From Acidimicrobiales bacterium (GTDB lineage: Bacteria > Actinomycetota > Acidimicrobiia > Acidimicrobiales > RAAP-2), in NCBI GenBank assembly GCA_035534455.1, contig DATLRV010000022.1, positions 12,950 to 76,949 of the forward strand: a stretch of DNA of 64,000 nt, given 5' to 3'. The notes beneath the pieces are model-generated. The model saw only the letters and a program-made list of their open reading frames with translations, made no database searches and was not told the DNA's origin. The position numbers were made by a program, and so were the translations under genes. Positions within the stretch are counted from its first letter, which is position 1; every line of letters begins with the position of its first letter. This document shows positions 19,633 through 28,584 of the stretch, piece by piece.

Positions 19633-21390
19633 GTGCCAGCCGGTGGTCTCCGCCACGTGACCACCGCACCGGGTAGGCACGTCGTCGTCGTCGACGGCTC
19701 GAATCTCGCGACCGAGGGCCGCACCCTCCCGAGCCTGCGGCAGCTCGACGAGGCCGTGCGCGCATACGCCGAGGAGGACCCGGACGCAGAGATCGTCGTG
19801 GTGGTGGACGCGTCCTTCGAGCACCGGATCGAGCCGTCCGAGCGCGAGCGGCTGGTCGACGCCGCGCTCCACGGCGAGGTCGTGTCGCCCCCTGCCGGTG
19901 CGATAGGCCGCGGCGACGCCTTCGTGCTCCGGATCGCCGAGCGCACGGGGGCACGGGTGCTCTCGAACGACTCGTTCCAGGAGTTCCACGCCGAGCACCC
20001 GTGGCTCTTCAACGACGGCAGGCTGGTCGGTGGGAAGCCCGTTCCCGGCGTGGGGTGGATCTTCACGCCCCGCATCCCCGTACGTGGCCCGAAGAGCCGG
20101 GAGGCGACCGGGAAGGCAAGGAAGAAGGTCGCGCAAGAGCTGTCCCCGCCGGTGAAGGCCGCCGAGCTCGCGAAGGCCGCGAAGAAGGCCGCGTCGCGCA
20201 GTGCGCCGGCCATGACGTTGCCGGACGGGTCGAAACCCAAGGTCGGCGACGTCTGGCCGGCTGGAGCACGGGGTGCAAAGGCGGGCCCGACGAAGACGAC
20301 AGGGTCCGCGACCTCCGCCGCGACCGGGGCCGCTGCCAGGGCGGCCGCGGCACCTGCCGAGAAGGCCCGCGCCAGGAAGGCCTCCGCCAAGAACGGCCCC
20401 GCCGAGCTGTCTCCTCCGACAGTGGCCCCCGCCGAGCAGGGGATGGAGAAGGTCACCGCCACGGACAAGGCCGGCAAGCGATCCGCCAAGAGCTCTGCCG
20501 GCGCAGAGTCGGCGATCACCAAGGGCGAGCGCGTCAAGGCAGCGGCACCGACGAAGAAGGCGGCGTCCACCAAGAAGGCGGCGTCCAAGAAGGCGGCGTC
20601 CAAGAAGGCGGCGTCCACGAAGAAGGCGGCGTCCACGAAGAAGGCCGTTGCGCAGGCAGCCCGGCTTCCGGCGGCGGCGACCCCGGCGGAGACGCCCAAG
20701 AAGACCGCGGCAAAGAAGGCCGCCCCTGCCAAAGCGTCGGCCCAGAAGTCGCCGCCCAAGAAGTCACCGGCCCAGAAGCCGGCCCAGAAGCCGCCGGCCA
20801 AGAAGCCGGTGACCGACAAGCCCTCCTCCGAGAAGATCGGCGCCACAAGGCGCCTCGACGGGGTCGACGGCGCAGCGAAGGTCGCGCGGAGTACGGCTGC
20901 GAAGGACCCGGCGGTCCAGGAAGCCATCGGCCAGGCGCTCGCAGAAGTCCTCGCGCCGAGGACCCAAACCGCCGACGGAGGGCAACCCGGCGGGTCAGGC
21001 GAGAAGCGGAAGAAGAAGAAGAAAGACGCACATGACGGATCAGACGATCGACACCGTCGACGTCGGCCGTCGTCTCCTCCGCCCGCGGTCAACGAGCCCC
21101 TGGCCTTCATCACCTTCGTCGCGACGTATCCGCTCGACAGCGAGCTCGAAGGCGAGGTCGTGTCGTTCACGTCCCACGGGGCCATGGTGGACGTCGACCT
21201 TCCGGGGGGAGGAGTCCTGCACTCCTACATCCCGCTGAGCGCGATGGGCGACCCGCCGCCGATCAAGGCGAGGCAGGTGCTGGCTCGAGGCGAACGGCGG
21301 ACGTTCGTGCTCGTCGCGCTCGACCCTCCACGCCGTGTGGCCGAGCTCGCACTGCCCCGGCTGGTCGCTGCCGGCTCCTCCCGGCGCTGA
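19633..21390 (+). CDS. Zc3h12a/Regnase-like NYN ribonuclease domain + Lys/Ala-rich H1-like region + C-terminal S1/OB domain protein
   Basis: N-terminus [10 protein letters not shown]...IVVVVDASF...[25 protein letters not shown] matches the NYN/Zc3h12a layout. About 300 aa of (KKAAS/PAKK) repeats including KRKKKKKD follow. C-terminus [33 protein letters not shown]...[10 protein letters not shown] is S1-like. The start lies 3 nt after the kgd stop. Confidence 0.75.
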   Translation: MPAGGLRHVTTAPGRHVVVVDGSNLATEGRTLPSLRQLDEAVRAYAEEDPDAEIVVVVDASFEHRIEPSERERLVDAALHGEVVSPPAGAIGRGDAFVLRIAERTGARVLSNDSFQEFHAEHPWLFNDGRLVGGKPVPGVGWIFTPRIPVRGPKSREATGKARKKVAQELSPPVKAAELAKAAKKAASRSAPAMTLPDGSKPKVGDVWPAGARGAKAGPTKTTGSATSAATGAAARAAAAPAEKARARKASAKNGPAELSPPTVAPAEQGMEKVTATDKAGKRSAKSSAGAESAITKGERVKAAAPTKKAASTKKAASKKAASKKAASTKKAASTKKAVAQAARLPAAATPAETPKKTAAKKAAPAKASAQKSPPKKSPAQKPAQKPPAKKPVTDKPSSEKIGATRRLDGVDGAAKVARSTAAKDPAVQEAIGQALAEVLAPRTQTADGGQPGGSGEKRKKKKKDAHDGSDDRHRRRRPSSPPPAVNEPLAFITFVATYPLDSELEGEVVSFTSHGAMVDVDLPGGGVLHSYIPLSAMGDPPPIKARQVLARGERRTFVLVALDPPRRVAELALPRLVAAGSSRR

Positions 21391-21430
21391 GCCGCCGGGA
21401 GCCGCGTCGTCGCTTGGTAGCGTCGTGACG

Positions 21431-21850
21431 ATGCGCCCGGCCGACGTCCTGCCGCACCGCGAGCCGTTCCTCTTCGTCAGTGAGGTGGTCTCGGTGGAGC
21501 CGGGACGCCGTGCAACCGGACGCTGGCACCTCTCCGGAGACGAGGCGTTCTTCGCAGGGCACTTCCCGGGCCGGCCCACGCTCCCCGGGGTGCTGATGCT
21601 GGAGTCCCTCGCGCAGCTCGGCGGCATCGCGGTGCTCGCGGACCGGCGCTTCTCCGGAAGATTGCCGCTCTTCGCAGGGGTCGACAAGGCGCGCTTCCGT
21701 CGGCAGGTGGTGCCGGGGGAGACGCTCGAGCTCGAGATCACCGTGGGACGGCTCTCGGCGCGAGCGGGGTCTGGCCACGGGCGCGCGCATGTCGCGGGCG
21801 AGACCGCGTGCGAGGCCGACATGCTCTTCGTCATGGTCGACGGAGGCTGA
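21431..21850 (+). CDS. fabZ: 3-hydroxyacyl-ACP dehydratase (FabZ-like hotdog fold)
   Basis: LPHREPFLFVSEV...FFAGHFPGRPTLPGVLMLESLAQ signature. An alternative GTG start exists at 21425. Confidence 0.75.
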   Translation: MRPADVLPHREPFLFVSEVVSVEPGRRATGRWHLSGDEAFFAGHFPGRPTLPGVLMLESLAQLGGIAVLADRRFSGRLPLFAGVDKARFRRQVVPGETLELEITVGRLSARAGSGHGRAHVAGETACEADMLFVMVDGG

Positions 21851-21854
21851 GGTC

Positions 21855-22634
21855 GTGCGGCTCGCGACGTGGAACGTGAATTCGCTGGGAGCGCGACTCC
21901 CCCTCGTTCTCGAGTGGATGGAGACGAACCGGCCGGACATCTTGTGCATGCAGGAGACCAAGCTCGCCGACGAGGCCTTCCCGGCCGCCGCGTTCGCCGA
22001 GCTCGGCTACGACTCTGCGCATCACGGCGACGGCAGGTGGAACGGCGTCGCGATCGCGAGCCGGGTGGGCCTCGACCGACCGGTGTGCGGTCTCGGCTCG
22101 GAGGAAGATGCCCACGGGTGCCGCATGCTGGCGGCCACCTGCGGGGGCGTGCGCGTCCACTCCGTCTACGTGCCGAACGGTCGCAGCCTCGACAGCGAGC
22201 ACTACCGGTTCAAGCTCGACTGGCTCGCACGGCTGCGCGCCTACCTGGCGCAGCACGCCGATCCGGCCGGCGAGGTCGCCGTCTGCGGCGACTTCAACAT
22301 CGCGCCGGACGACGCCGACGTATGGGACCCTGCGGCATTCACCGGTGCGACGCACGTGAGCGCCCCCGAGCGCGCAGCACTCCGCGAGATCCTCGATTGG
22401 GGACTGGAGGACGTCTTCCGCCGTTTCCACCCCGACGGCGGGGTCTTCTCGTGGTGGGACTACCGTGCGGGGAACTTCCACAAGGGAATGGGCATGCGCA
22501 TCGATCTCGTGCTCCTGTCCAAAGCACTGGCAGCCCGAGCGGTGTCAGCGGAGATCGACCGCAACGCGCGGAAGAAGAGCCCCAAGGGCAACAAGCCCTC
22601 CGACCACACGTTGGTCGTCGTCGAGCTCGAGTGA
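21855..22634 (+). CDS. xthA: Exodeoxyribonuclease III
   Basis: LATWNVNSLGARL...ILCMQETK...DHTLVVVEL motifs. The start is 4 nt after the fabZ-like stop. Confidence 0.9.
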   Translation: MRLATWNVNSLGARLPLVLEWMETNRPDILCMQETKLADEAFPAAAFAELGYDSAHHGDGRWNGVAIASRVGLDRPVCGLGSEEDAHGCRMLAATCGGVRVHSVYVPNGRSLDSEHYRFKLDWLARLRAYLAQHADPAGEVAVCGDFNIAPDDADVWDPAAFTGATHVSAPERAALREILDWGLEDVFRRFHPDGGVFSWWDYRAGNFHKGMGMRIDLVLLSKALAARAVSAEIDRNARKKSPKGNKPSDHTLVVVELE

Positions 22635-22641
22635 GCTCAGC

Positions 22642-24186
22642 TCAGGAGAGCTCGGCCTCGATGAGCATCGGGCCCTCTTCCGAGAAGCTGCGCTCGAGGA
22701 GCGCGACCAGCTCGTCGGCGGTCGTTGCGTGCTCCGCGGGAACGCCCAGGCCGCGGGCCAGGGCGACGAAGTCGAGGGTCGGGTCGTGGAGGTCGAGCAT
22801 CGCCTTGGCACGTTCGCCGTTCCCGGTTGCTCCGACTCTGGCGAGCTCGAACTGCAAGATCGCATACGACCGGTTCGCGAGCAGCAGCGTCGTCACGTCC
22901 AGGGACTCACGTGCCTGGGTCCATAGGGCCTGGAGGGTGTACATGGCGCTCCCGTCGGCTTCGAGGCTGAGCACTCGCCGACCCGGCGATGCGACCGCCG
23001 CACCGGTTGCGGCGGGGAGGCCCTGACCGATCGACCCTCCCGCAAGGGCGAGCCAGTCGTGCCGGGGGGCCCCGGCGGTCGCTGCCGGAACCGAGAGCCC
23101 GCTCGTGATCGACTCGTCGACGACGATCGCGCCTTCCGGGAGGAGATGGCCGACCGCGGCGGCCATCGACTCGGCGCTCAGCCGGCCCGTCGGCCGGCCT
23201 GGACGGTCCCCAGACGCCCGGGGTGCGGCAGCTGCTGCCCCGAGCGCTGCGGCGAGCGCCTCGAGCGCGCCGGCGACGTCGTGGCCGGTACCGGCGAGCT
23301 CGTGGACGATCGTGCCGTCGGGGACGAGGTTGCTCGGTTTGTCCGGGTACGCGAAGAACGACGCAGGAGCCCTCGCACCTGCAAGGACGAGGTGGCGCGC
23401 CCCGTCCAGCTGCGCCATGGCCATCTCGCCGTAGTACGCGAGCTTCTCGACGTGCGGCAGACCCGCCCCGCGGGCGTGCACGGTCGGGAACGTCTCGCAG
23501 AGGAGCTTCGCTCCCGTTGCGTGCGCGATCCGCGACGCCGTCTCGAGCCCGGGCTGGAGCATCGCCGGGCCGCCGATGAGGAGCACCACCCGATCTTCGG
23601 ACCTGAGGACCTTCGCGACGTCCTCCACGACCTCAGGTGGGACGAGCGGAAGCCGCGGCACCCCGCGCGGGCGGCCCGGCGCGGCGCCGTCGCTCCACGA
23701 GACGTCGGCGGGGACGATGAGAGTGGAGATACAACCGGGCGGGCCGTAACTGGCGCCGACCGCCTCAGCTGCGTCCGCACCGAGATCCTCGGCGCGCGTG
23801 GTGGAGCGCTGCCATGCGGAGGTGGAGCGCGCGAGGCCCCAGAGGTCGGACTGGAGCCGGGAGTCGAACCGCTGGTGGTACGTGGCGTGGTCGCCGACGA
23901 CGTTGACGAGCGGCACGCGGGCGCGGCGCGCGTTGTGGAGGTTCGCCCAGCCGTTCGCGAGTCCCGGCCCGAGGTGGAGGAGCGTCGCTGCGGGCCGTCC
24001 GGTCATGCGGGCGTAGCCGTCCGCCGCGCCGGTCGCGACGCCCTCGAAAAGGGTCAGCACGGCGCGCATCTCGGGCACGCGGTCCAGCGCGGCCACGAAG
24101 TGCATCTCGGAGGTGCCGGGGTTGGCGAAGCAGGTATCAACGCCCGATGCGACGAGGGTGCGCAGGAGCGCTTCGGCCCCGTTCAC
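22642..24186 (-). CDS. Thiamine-diphosphate enzyme, acetolactate synthase large-subunit family
   Basis: 514 aa. N-terminal GAEALLRTLVASGVDTCFANPGTSEMHF and the ThDP motif GGSIGQGLP...LEADGSAMYT. Confidence 0.85.
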   Translation of the reverse strand: MNGAEALLRTLVASGVDTCFANPGTSEMHFVAALDRVPEMRAVLTLFEGVATGAADGYARMTGRPAATLLHLGPGLANGWANLHNARRARVPLVNVVGDHATYHQRFDSRLQSDLWGLARSTSAWQRSTTRAEDLGADAAEAVGASYGPPGCISTLIVPADVSWSDGAAPGRPRGVPRLPLVPPEVVEDVAKVLRSEDRVVLLIGGPAMLQPGLETASRIAHATGAKLLCETFPTVHARGAGLPHVEKLAYYGEMAMAQLDGARHLVLAGARAPASFFAYPDKPSNLVPDGTIVHELAGTGHDVAGALEALAAALGAAAAAPRASGDRPGRPTGRLSAESMAAAVGHLLPEGAIVVDESITSGLSVPAATAGAPRHDWLALAGGSIGQGLPAATGAAVASPGRRVLSLEADGSAMYTLQALWTQARESLDVTTLLLANRSYAILQFELARVGATGNGERAKAMLDLHDPTLDFVALARGLGVPAEHATTADELVALLERSFSEEGPMLIEAELS

Positions 24187-25643
24187 GGTCCCCCCCGTTC
24201 TCGAGCGACCTCTGGGTCCGAGCTGCCGGCGCCGGGCTGCGCCGGTGCACCGGCTGGCGCCGGCGGGTCGGCGAGGCGCCGCGGGCCGAGGATCCCGTTC
24301 GGGTCGAACGCGGACTTGATGCGTCGCATGAGGGCGATCTTCGCGGGATCCTCCAGCTCGAGCCAGTAGGACTGCTTCTCCGTGCCGATGCCGTGTTCGC
24401 CGGACACCGCCCCTCCGAGGTCGTGCGCGGCGCGGAACAACGCCTCGAGGAGCACGTGGCGGCGCTCGACGTCCGGCTGGAACACCGAGAGGTGCACGTT
24501 GCCGTCGCCCACGTGGCCGCACCCCGAGACGATCGCGGCGTGCTCGGCAGCGAGTCGCGCCGTCGCCGCGAGGAAGTCCGGGATCGCGGCTCGCGGCACC
24601 ACCGTGTCCACGATGTCGTCGGCGCCGAGGGCCTTGGCCACGAAGAAGACCCGTTCTCGCGCGGTGATCAGGTTCGCACCGGCGGACGGCGGGAGCACGT
24701 AGACGTCCAGGGCGCCGAGGTCCCCGAGGAGCTCGGCGGCAGCCTCGGTGTCCTCGTCGAGCCGCTCGGCGTGCGCGCTCTCGAGCACCACGACCAGGTA
24801 CGCCGCCGTCTTCTCGCGGATCTCGTCGGGCACGCCGAGCTCGAGCCCTGCCTCCTGGACGATCGCCGCCATCGCCCCCGTGTCGAGGTACTCGAGGATG
24901 AGCGGCGAGACGCCACCACCCAGCAGCTTGGGAACCGCCGACGCGACGAGCACCAGTGTGGTGAACGGCGCGAGCAGCGTGGCGTGGTGCGCGAGGCGCG
25001 GTACGAGCTTGAGGGTCACCTCGGTCACGAGCGCCAGCGTGCCCTCGCTGCCGAGGACCAGCTGGGTGAGGTCGTAGCCGGTGGAGGACTTCACGAACTT
25101 GCCGCCCGTCCGCAGGACTTGTCCACCGGGGAGTACCAGCTCGAGCCCGAGCACGTTGTGGCGCGTCACGCCGTACCGCACGGCACGCATGCCGCCCGCG
25201 TTGGTCGCGACGTTGCCGCCGATCGACGCGCTCATCTCCCCGGGGTAGACGGGGTAGACGTATCCGGTGGTGGCGAGCGCGTCGTCGAGCTGGCGCAACG
25301 TCACCCCCGGCTGTACGACCGCGACGTGGTTCTGCTCGTCGATCTCGACGATGCGCGACATGCGGTCGAAGCACACGACGATGCCCTCTTCGACGGGCAG
25401 GGCGCCGCCGGCGAGTCCGGTGCCGCTCCCGCGCGCGATCACGGGAAGGCGGGCATCGTCGGCGAACGCGAGCAATTCGCGGACTTGTTCGGTCGTCGAG
25501 GGACGGGCCACCGCCAGGGGCCGGACGGGCACTCCGGTGAGCGACTCGTCGTGGGTGTCGTCCCCGCTGACGTGGTCGCCCGTGGCGACGTTCGCGGGTC
25601 CGACGATCGCACGCAGTGACTCGAGGAGATCCGGCGCGCTCAC
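24183..25643 (-). CDS. FAD-linked oxidase (GlcD / D-lactate dehydrogenase-like)
   Basis: 486 aa. RGSGTGLAGGALP FAD-binding motif and C-terminal GEHGIGTEK. The stop overlaps the ThDP gene start (GTGA at 24183-24186). Confidence 0.85.
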   Translation of the reverse strand: MSAPDLLESLRAIVGPANVATGDHVSGDDTHDESLTGVPVRPLAVARPSTTEQVRELLAFADDARLPVIARGSGTGLAGGALPVEEGIVVCFDRMSRIVEIDEQNHVAVVQPGVTLRQLDDALATTGYVYPVYPGEMSASIGGNVATNAGGMRAVRYGVTRHNVLGLELVLPGGQVLRTGGKFVKSSTGYDLTQLVLGSEGTLALVTEVTLKLVPRLAHHATLLAPFTTLVLVASAVPKLLGGGVSPLILEYLDTGAMAAIVQEAGLELGVPDEIREKTAAYLVVVLESAHAERLDEDTEAAAELLGDLGALDVYVLPPSAGANLITARERVFFVAKALGADDIVDTVVPRAAIPDFLAATARLAAEHAAIVSGCGHVGDGNVHLSVFQPDVERRHVLLEALFRAAHDLGGAVSGEHGIGTEKQSYWLELEDPAKIALMRRIKSAFDPNGILGPRRLADPPAPAGAPAQPGAGSSDPEVARERGGP

Positions 25644-27472
25644 GGCGTGAGCCCGCCTTCGCCGGTCGACGCCGGCGGGAGCAGTACCCGCATCCTGGCG
25701 AGATGCTCGACGGCGCGGTCGGGCGGCGCCTCGGCGCCCCCCGAGCGGAGTTCGTCGAGGGTCCGTTCGACGGCCACGATCCACGGGGAGGCGCGCCGCT
25801 CCGCCACGTCGTCGGCGGCGGACGCCGCGTTCGGTCGCAGCGCCCAGGTGCAGGTGAGCTCCTCCTCGGCCCTCGTCATCGCCACGTAGAGCAGTCGACG
25901 CTCCTCCGCCTTCGCCGCGGACGATCGGGCCGAGGCGTGGGGGACGAGGCCGTCGGAAACGCCGACCACGAAGACGGTTCGCCATTGCAGCCCCTTGGCC
26001 CGGTGGAAGGTGCTCAGGACGACGGCGTCCCCGGCTGACGGGGGATGCCGACCTGTGCGCGTCGGAGGAGGGGTCGGTGCGCCGCCCGAGTCGTCGTCCG
26101 AGCCGTGGATCGAGTCGGCGTCGTCCGAGTCGTCGCCCGAGTCGTCGCCCGAGCGGTGGATCGAGTCGGCGTCGGCGTCGGCCGCGCGAACGGCGCTCGC
26201 AACCCTGTCGGTGTCGCGTGTTCCGCGCACGTCGCTCGCGGGGCCGAGCTCGGACCCCGAGATCCGCGCGGGAACGCGCTCCGCGGCGAGCGCCTCGGCG
26301 ATCCTCGCCAGCTGCGCGTTCGTGCGGGCGAGCACTGCGATCGACGACCACGCCCTCCCGGGGCGGTGGGCGAGCCATGCCTGACGAGCGACCCAGCGAG
26401 CCTCCTCCTCGTCGTTCCCGAAGCACGCGACGGTTGGCAACGGGCCATCGTCACGGGTGGCGGGCGGCGCGTCACGCGAGCCGAGGGCGGCGGTGGCGAT
26501 CCGCACGACCGGGGCTGCGCACCGGTGGTTCGTCTCGAGCCGGACGACGCGGGTGCCGGAGAACTCTTCGGTGACCCGCCGGAGCAGCTCGGGGTCCGCC
26601 CCGTTCCAGCCGTAGACGGACTGGTTGGGGTCGCCGACGACGAAGAGGTCGGGCTCTTCGCCCACCAAGAGGCGCAGCAGCCGGTACTGGGCGTCGTTCA
26701 GGTCCTGCATCTCGTCGACGAAGAGGTGACGGTGCCACCAGCGGACAGCGCGGGAGAAGGCGGCGTCCTCTTCGAGGAGGTCACCGGCGTGCGACAGCAG
26801 GTCGTCGAGGTCGAGGACGCCGCGGAGCCGCCGGAGGTGCTCGTAGCGCGCGTACAGGTCGGCGATCCGTGCGGCAGGCATCGCCGCACGGCGCGCGGCG
26901 CGCCTGGCGGTCGCTTCGTAGTCCGTCGGTCCCACGAGTCGGGACTTCGCCCAGCCGATCTCCGCCTCGAGACGGGCGACGTCCCGGCCGACGCTCGTCG
27001 GCATCCGGGCGTCCCTTGCCTGCGGTGCGTACCCACGATCACGGGTGCCCGTGCGACGCCCACCACCCCCGGTTCCGAGCACCTCGGCGAGGAGCTGTCG
27101 CCGGTCGGACACGACGGCCGGAGCCCGCTGGCCGTGCTCCTGCCGGTGCTGGGTGATGAGCCGGAGGGCGGCGCGGTGGAACGTCCCCGCTTGCACCTCA
27201 CGTCCCACGCCGAGCTGCCATAGCCGGTCGCGCAGCTCCTGCGCCGCCTTGCGGCTGAAGGTGCACACGAGCCCATGGCTCGGGTGTGCCGTCCCGTCGA
27301 GGACGCGCCGGGCAACCCGCAACGTGAGGACCCTGGTCTTCCCGGTCCCCGCACCGGCGAGGACGCAGACGACCGGCTCATCGGCCAGGACCGCCTCGCG
27401 CTGGGACGGCTCGAGGCCGGCCAGGAGCCCGTCGATGTCGGGGTGCGTCGTGACGTCGGTGGAGGCGGGCAC
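25640..27472 (-). CDS. UvrD/Rep-family (SF1) helicase, compact, with acidic repeat insertion
   Basis: Motifs LAGAGTGKT, TFHRAAL, FVDEMQD, VGDPNQSVYGW, STFHRAKGLQW and LLYVAMTRA. The stop overlaps the FAD-oxidase start (25640-25643). The start is uncertain (GTG 27472 chosen; the ORF continues to 27772). Confidence 0.8.
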   Translation of the reverse strand: MPASTDVTTHPDIDGLLAGLEPSQREAVLADEPVVCVLAGAGTGKTRVLTLRVARRVLDGTAHPSHGLVCTFSRKAAQELRDRLWQLGVGREVQAGTFHRAALRLITQHRQEHGQRAPAVVSDRRQLLAEVLGTGGGGRRTGTRDRGYAPQARDARMPTSVGRDVARLEAEIGWAKSRLVGPTDYEATARRAARRAAMPAARIADLYARYEHLRRLRGVLDLDDLLSHAGDLLEEDAAFSRAVRWWHRHLFVDEMQDLNDAQYRLLRLLVGEEPDLFVVGDPNQSVYGWNGADPELLRRVTEEFSGTRVVRLETNHRCAAPVVRIATAALGSRDAPPATRDDGPLPTVACFGNDEEEARWVARQAWLAHRPGRAWSSIAVLARTNAQLARIAEALAAERVPARISGSELGPASDVRGTRDTDRVASAVRAADADADSIHRSGDDSGDDSDDADSIHGSDDDSGGAPTPPPTRTGRHPPSAGDAVVLSTFHRAKGLQWRTVFVVGVSDGLVPHASARSSAAKAEERRLLYVAMTRAEEELTCTWALRPNAASAADDVAERRASPWIVAVERTLDELRSGGAEAPPDRAVEHLARMRVLLPPASTGEGGLTP

Positions 27473-27825
27473 TCTGCGCCACGCTACAGACAGGGCGCGC
27501 GCCCCTGTCGTCCTCCGGCCCTGCCCCGTCCGGCGGGCTTCGAGGCGGCGCCTCCGGCCGGGCCGCAAGCCGACCCTGGCGACAATGGATGGGGTACGCC
27601 CGGCGACAGTAGGGTGGCCCGGCCGGCGCCCCCGGGGTGAGCGACCACGACCCGGCGAGCGCCCAGCCGCACCCGTCTCCGGCCCAGCCGGGAGCTGACC
27701 CTGGCGGGCAGGGGCCGATGCAGGACGATTGGCGGCCCGGACGCCGCGCACAACGGGAGAATGCACCAGCACATGGGCACGTACGGGCGTCGCGGGGGGC
27801 AGAGCGTGGGAATGAAGAGCTGACG

Positions 27826-28584
27826 ATGCTGCGCACCTTTGCCGGCGGAAGGCTCTTCGGCACGCGTACGGGCGACGGCGACCCCGTGGTGCTCGCCGTC
27901 CACGGGTGGGGCCGGTCCCACCGTGACTTCGATGCCGTGCTGCGCCCGGTGGGCCGCCCCGAGCTCGCGGCCGTCGCGGTCGACCTTCCCGGGTTCGGCG
28001 CCACCCCGCCCCCGACCGAGCGGTGGGGAGTGGCCGACTACGCGGCGTCGGTCGCAGCCGTGCTCGACGAGCTCGGTGAGCCCGTCGTCGTGCTCGGTCA
28101 CAGCTTCGGCGGTCGTGTGGCTCTTCGTCTCTCGGTCGAGCGTCCGGAGGCGGTGCGAGCCCTCGTGCTCACGGGCTCGCCGCTCCTCCGCCTCGCACCA
28201 CCGCGCCGGGCGCCCCTCTCGTACCGCGCGCTTCGGACGGCACGCAGGGCGGGACTCGTGGGCGAGGACCGGATGGAGCGGGCGCGCCGCCGGCACGGAT
28301 CGGCCGACTACGCGGCGGCGACGGGCGTGATGCGCCAGGTGCACGGCCGGGTCGTCGTGGAGGACTACGAGGCGGACCTCGACGAGGTCCGTTGTCCCGT
28401 GACGCTCGTGTGGGGGGACGACGACGCCACAGTCCCCCTCAGCGTCGCGGAGGCCGCACGTGCCCGGCTGGAGCGCGGGGCGGGGATCGACGTGGATCTC
28501 GTCGTGCTACGGGGTGCCGGTCACCTCGTCCCGCTCACGTCCCCCGGAGCCTTGCGCGAGGCGGTGGAGCGGCGCCTTCGGTGA
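27826..28584 (+). CDS. Alpha/beta hydrolase
   Basis: VLAVHGWGRS and the nucleophile elbow LGHSFGG. C-terminal GAGHLVP. ATG 27826 chosen within a longer ORF. Confidence 0.75.
   Translation: MLRTFAGGRLFGTRTGDGDPVVLAVHGWGRSHRDFDAVLRPVGRPELAAVAVDLPGFGATPPPTERWGVADYAASVAAVLDELGEPVVVLGHSFGGRVALRLSVERPEAVRALVLTGSPLLRLAPPRRAPLSYRALRTARRAGLVGEDRMERARRRHGSADYAAATGVMRQVHGRVVVEDYEADLDEVRCPVTLVWGDDDATVPLSVAEAARARLERGAGIDVDLVVLRGAGHLVPLTSPGALREAVERRLR

Noticed and set aside
15583-20136. 1517-aa minus-strand ORF, plus 15096-19517 (1473 aa, + strand, out of frame), overlapping kgd.
   Set aside because: These are antisense or out-of-frame shadows of an unmistakable Kgd/OdhA gene. The translations are Arg/Pro/Gly-rich with no recognisable domain. 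Such shadows are typical of very GC-rich DNA, where stop codons are rare.
19521-21185. 554-aa minus-strand ORF rich in Ala/Phe/Gly repeats.
   Set aside because: It is an antisense shadow of the K/A-rich part of the NYN-S1 gene.
27489-27509. 7-bp inverted repeat GACAGGG-N7-CCCTGTC just upstream of the chosen helicase start.
   Set aside because: It is short and GC-rich, so it is easily produced by chance. It may also lie inside the helicase ORF if the true start is further upstream.
21855-27772. SOS (LexA) boxes of the actinobacterial TCGAAC-N4-GTTCGA type near xthA and the UvrD-like helicase.
   Set aside because: No match with correct spacing was found in the promoter regions I inspected. 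The isolated TCGAAC hexamers lie inside coding sequence.
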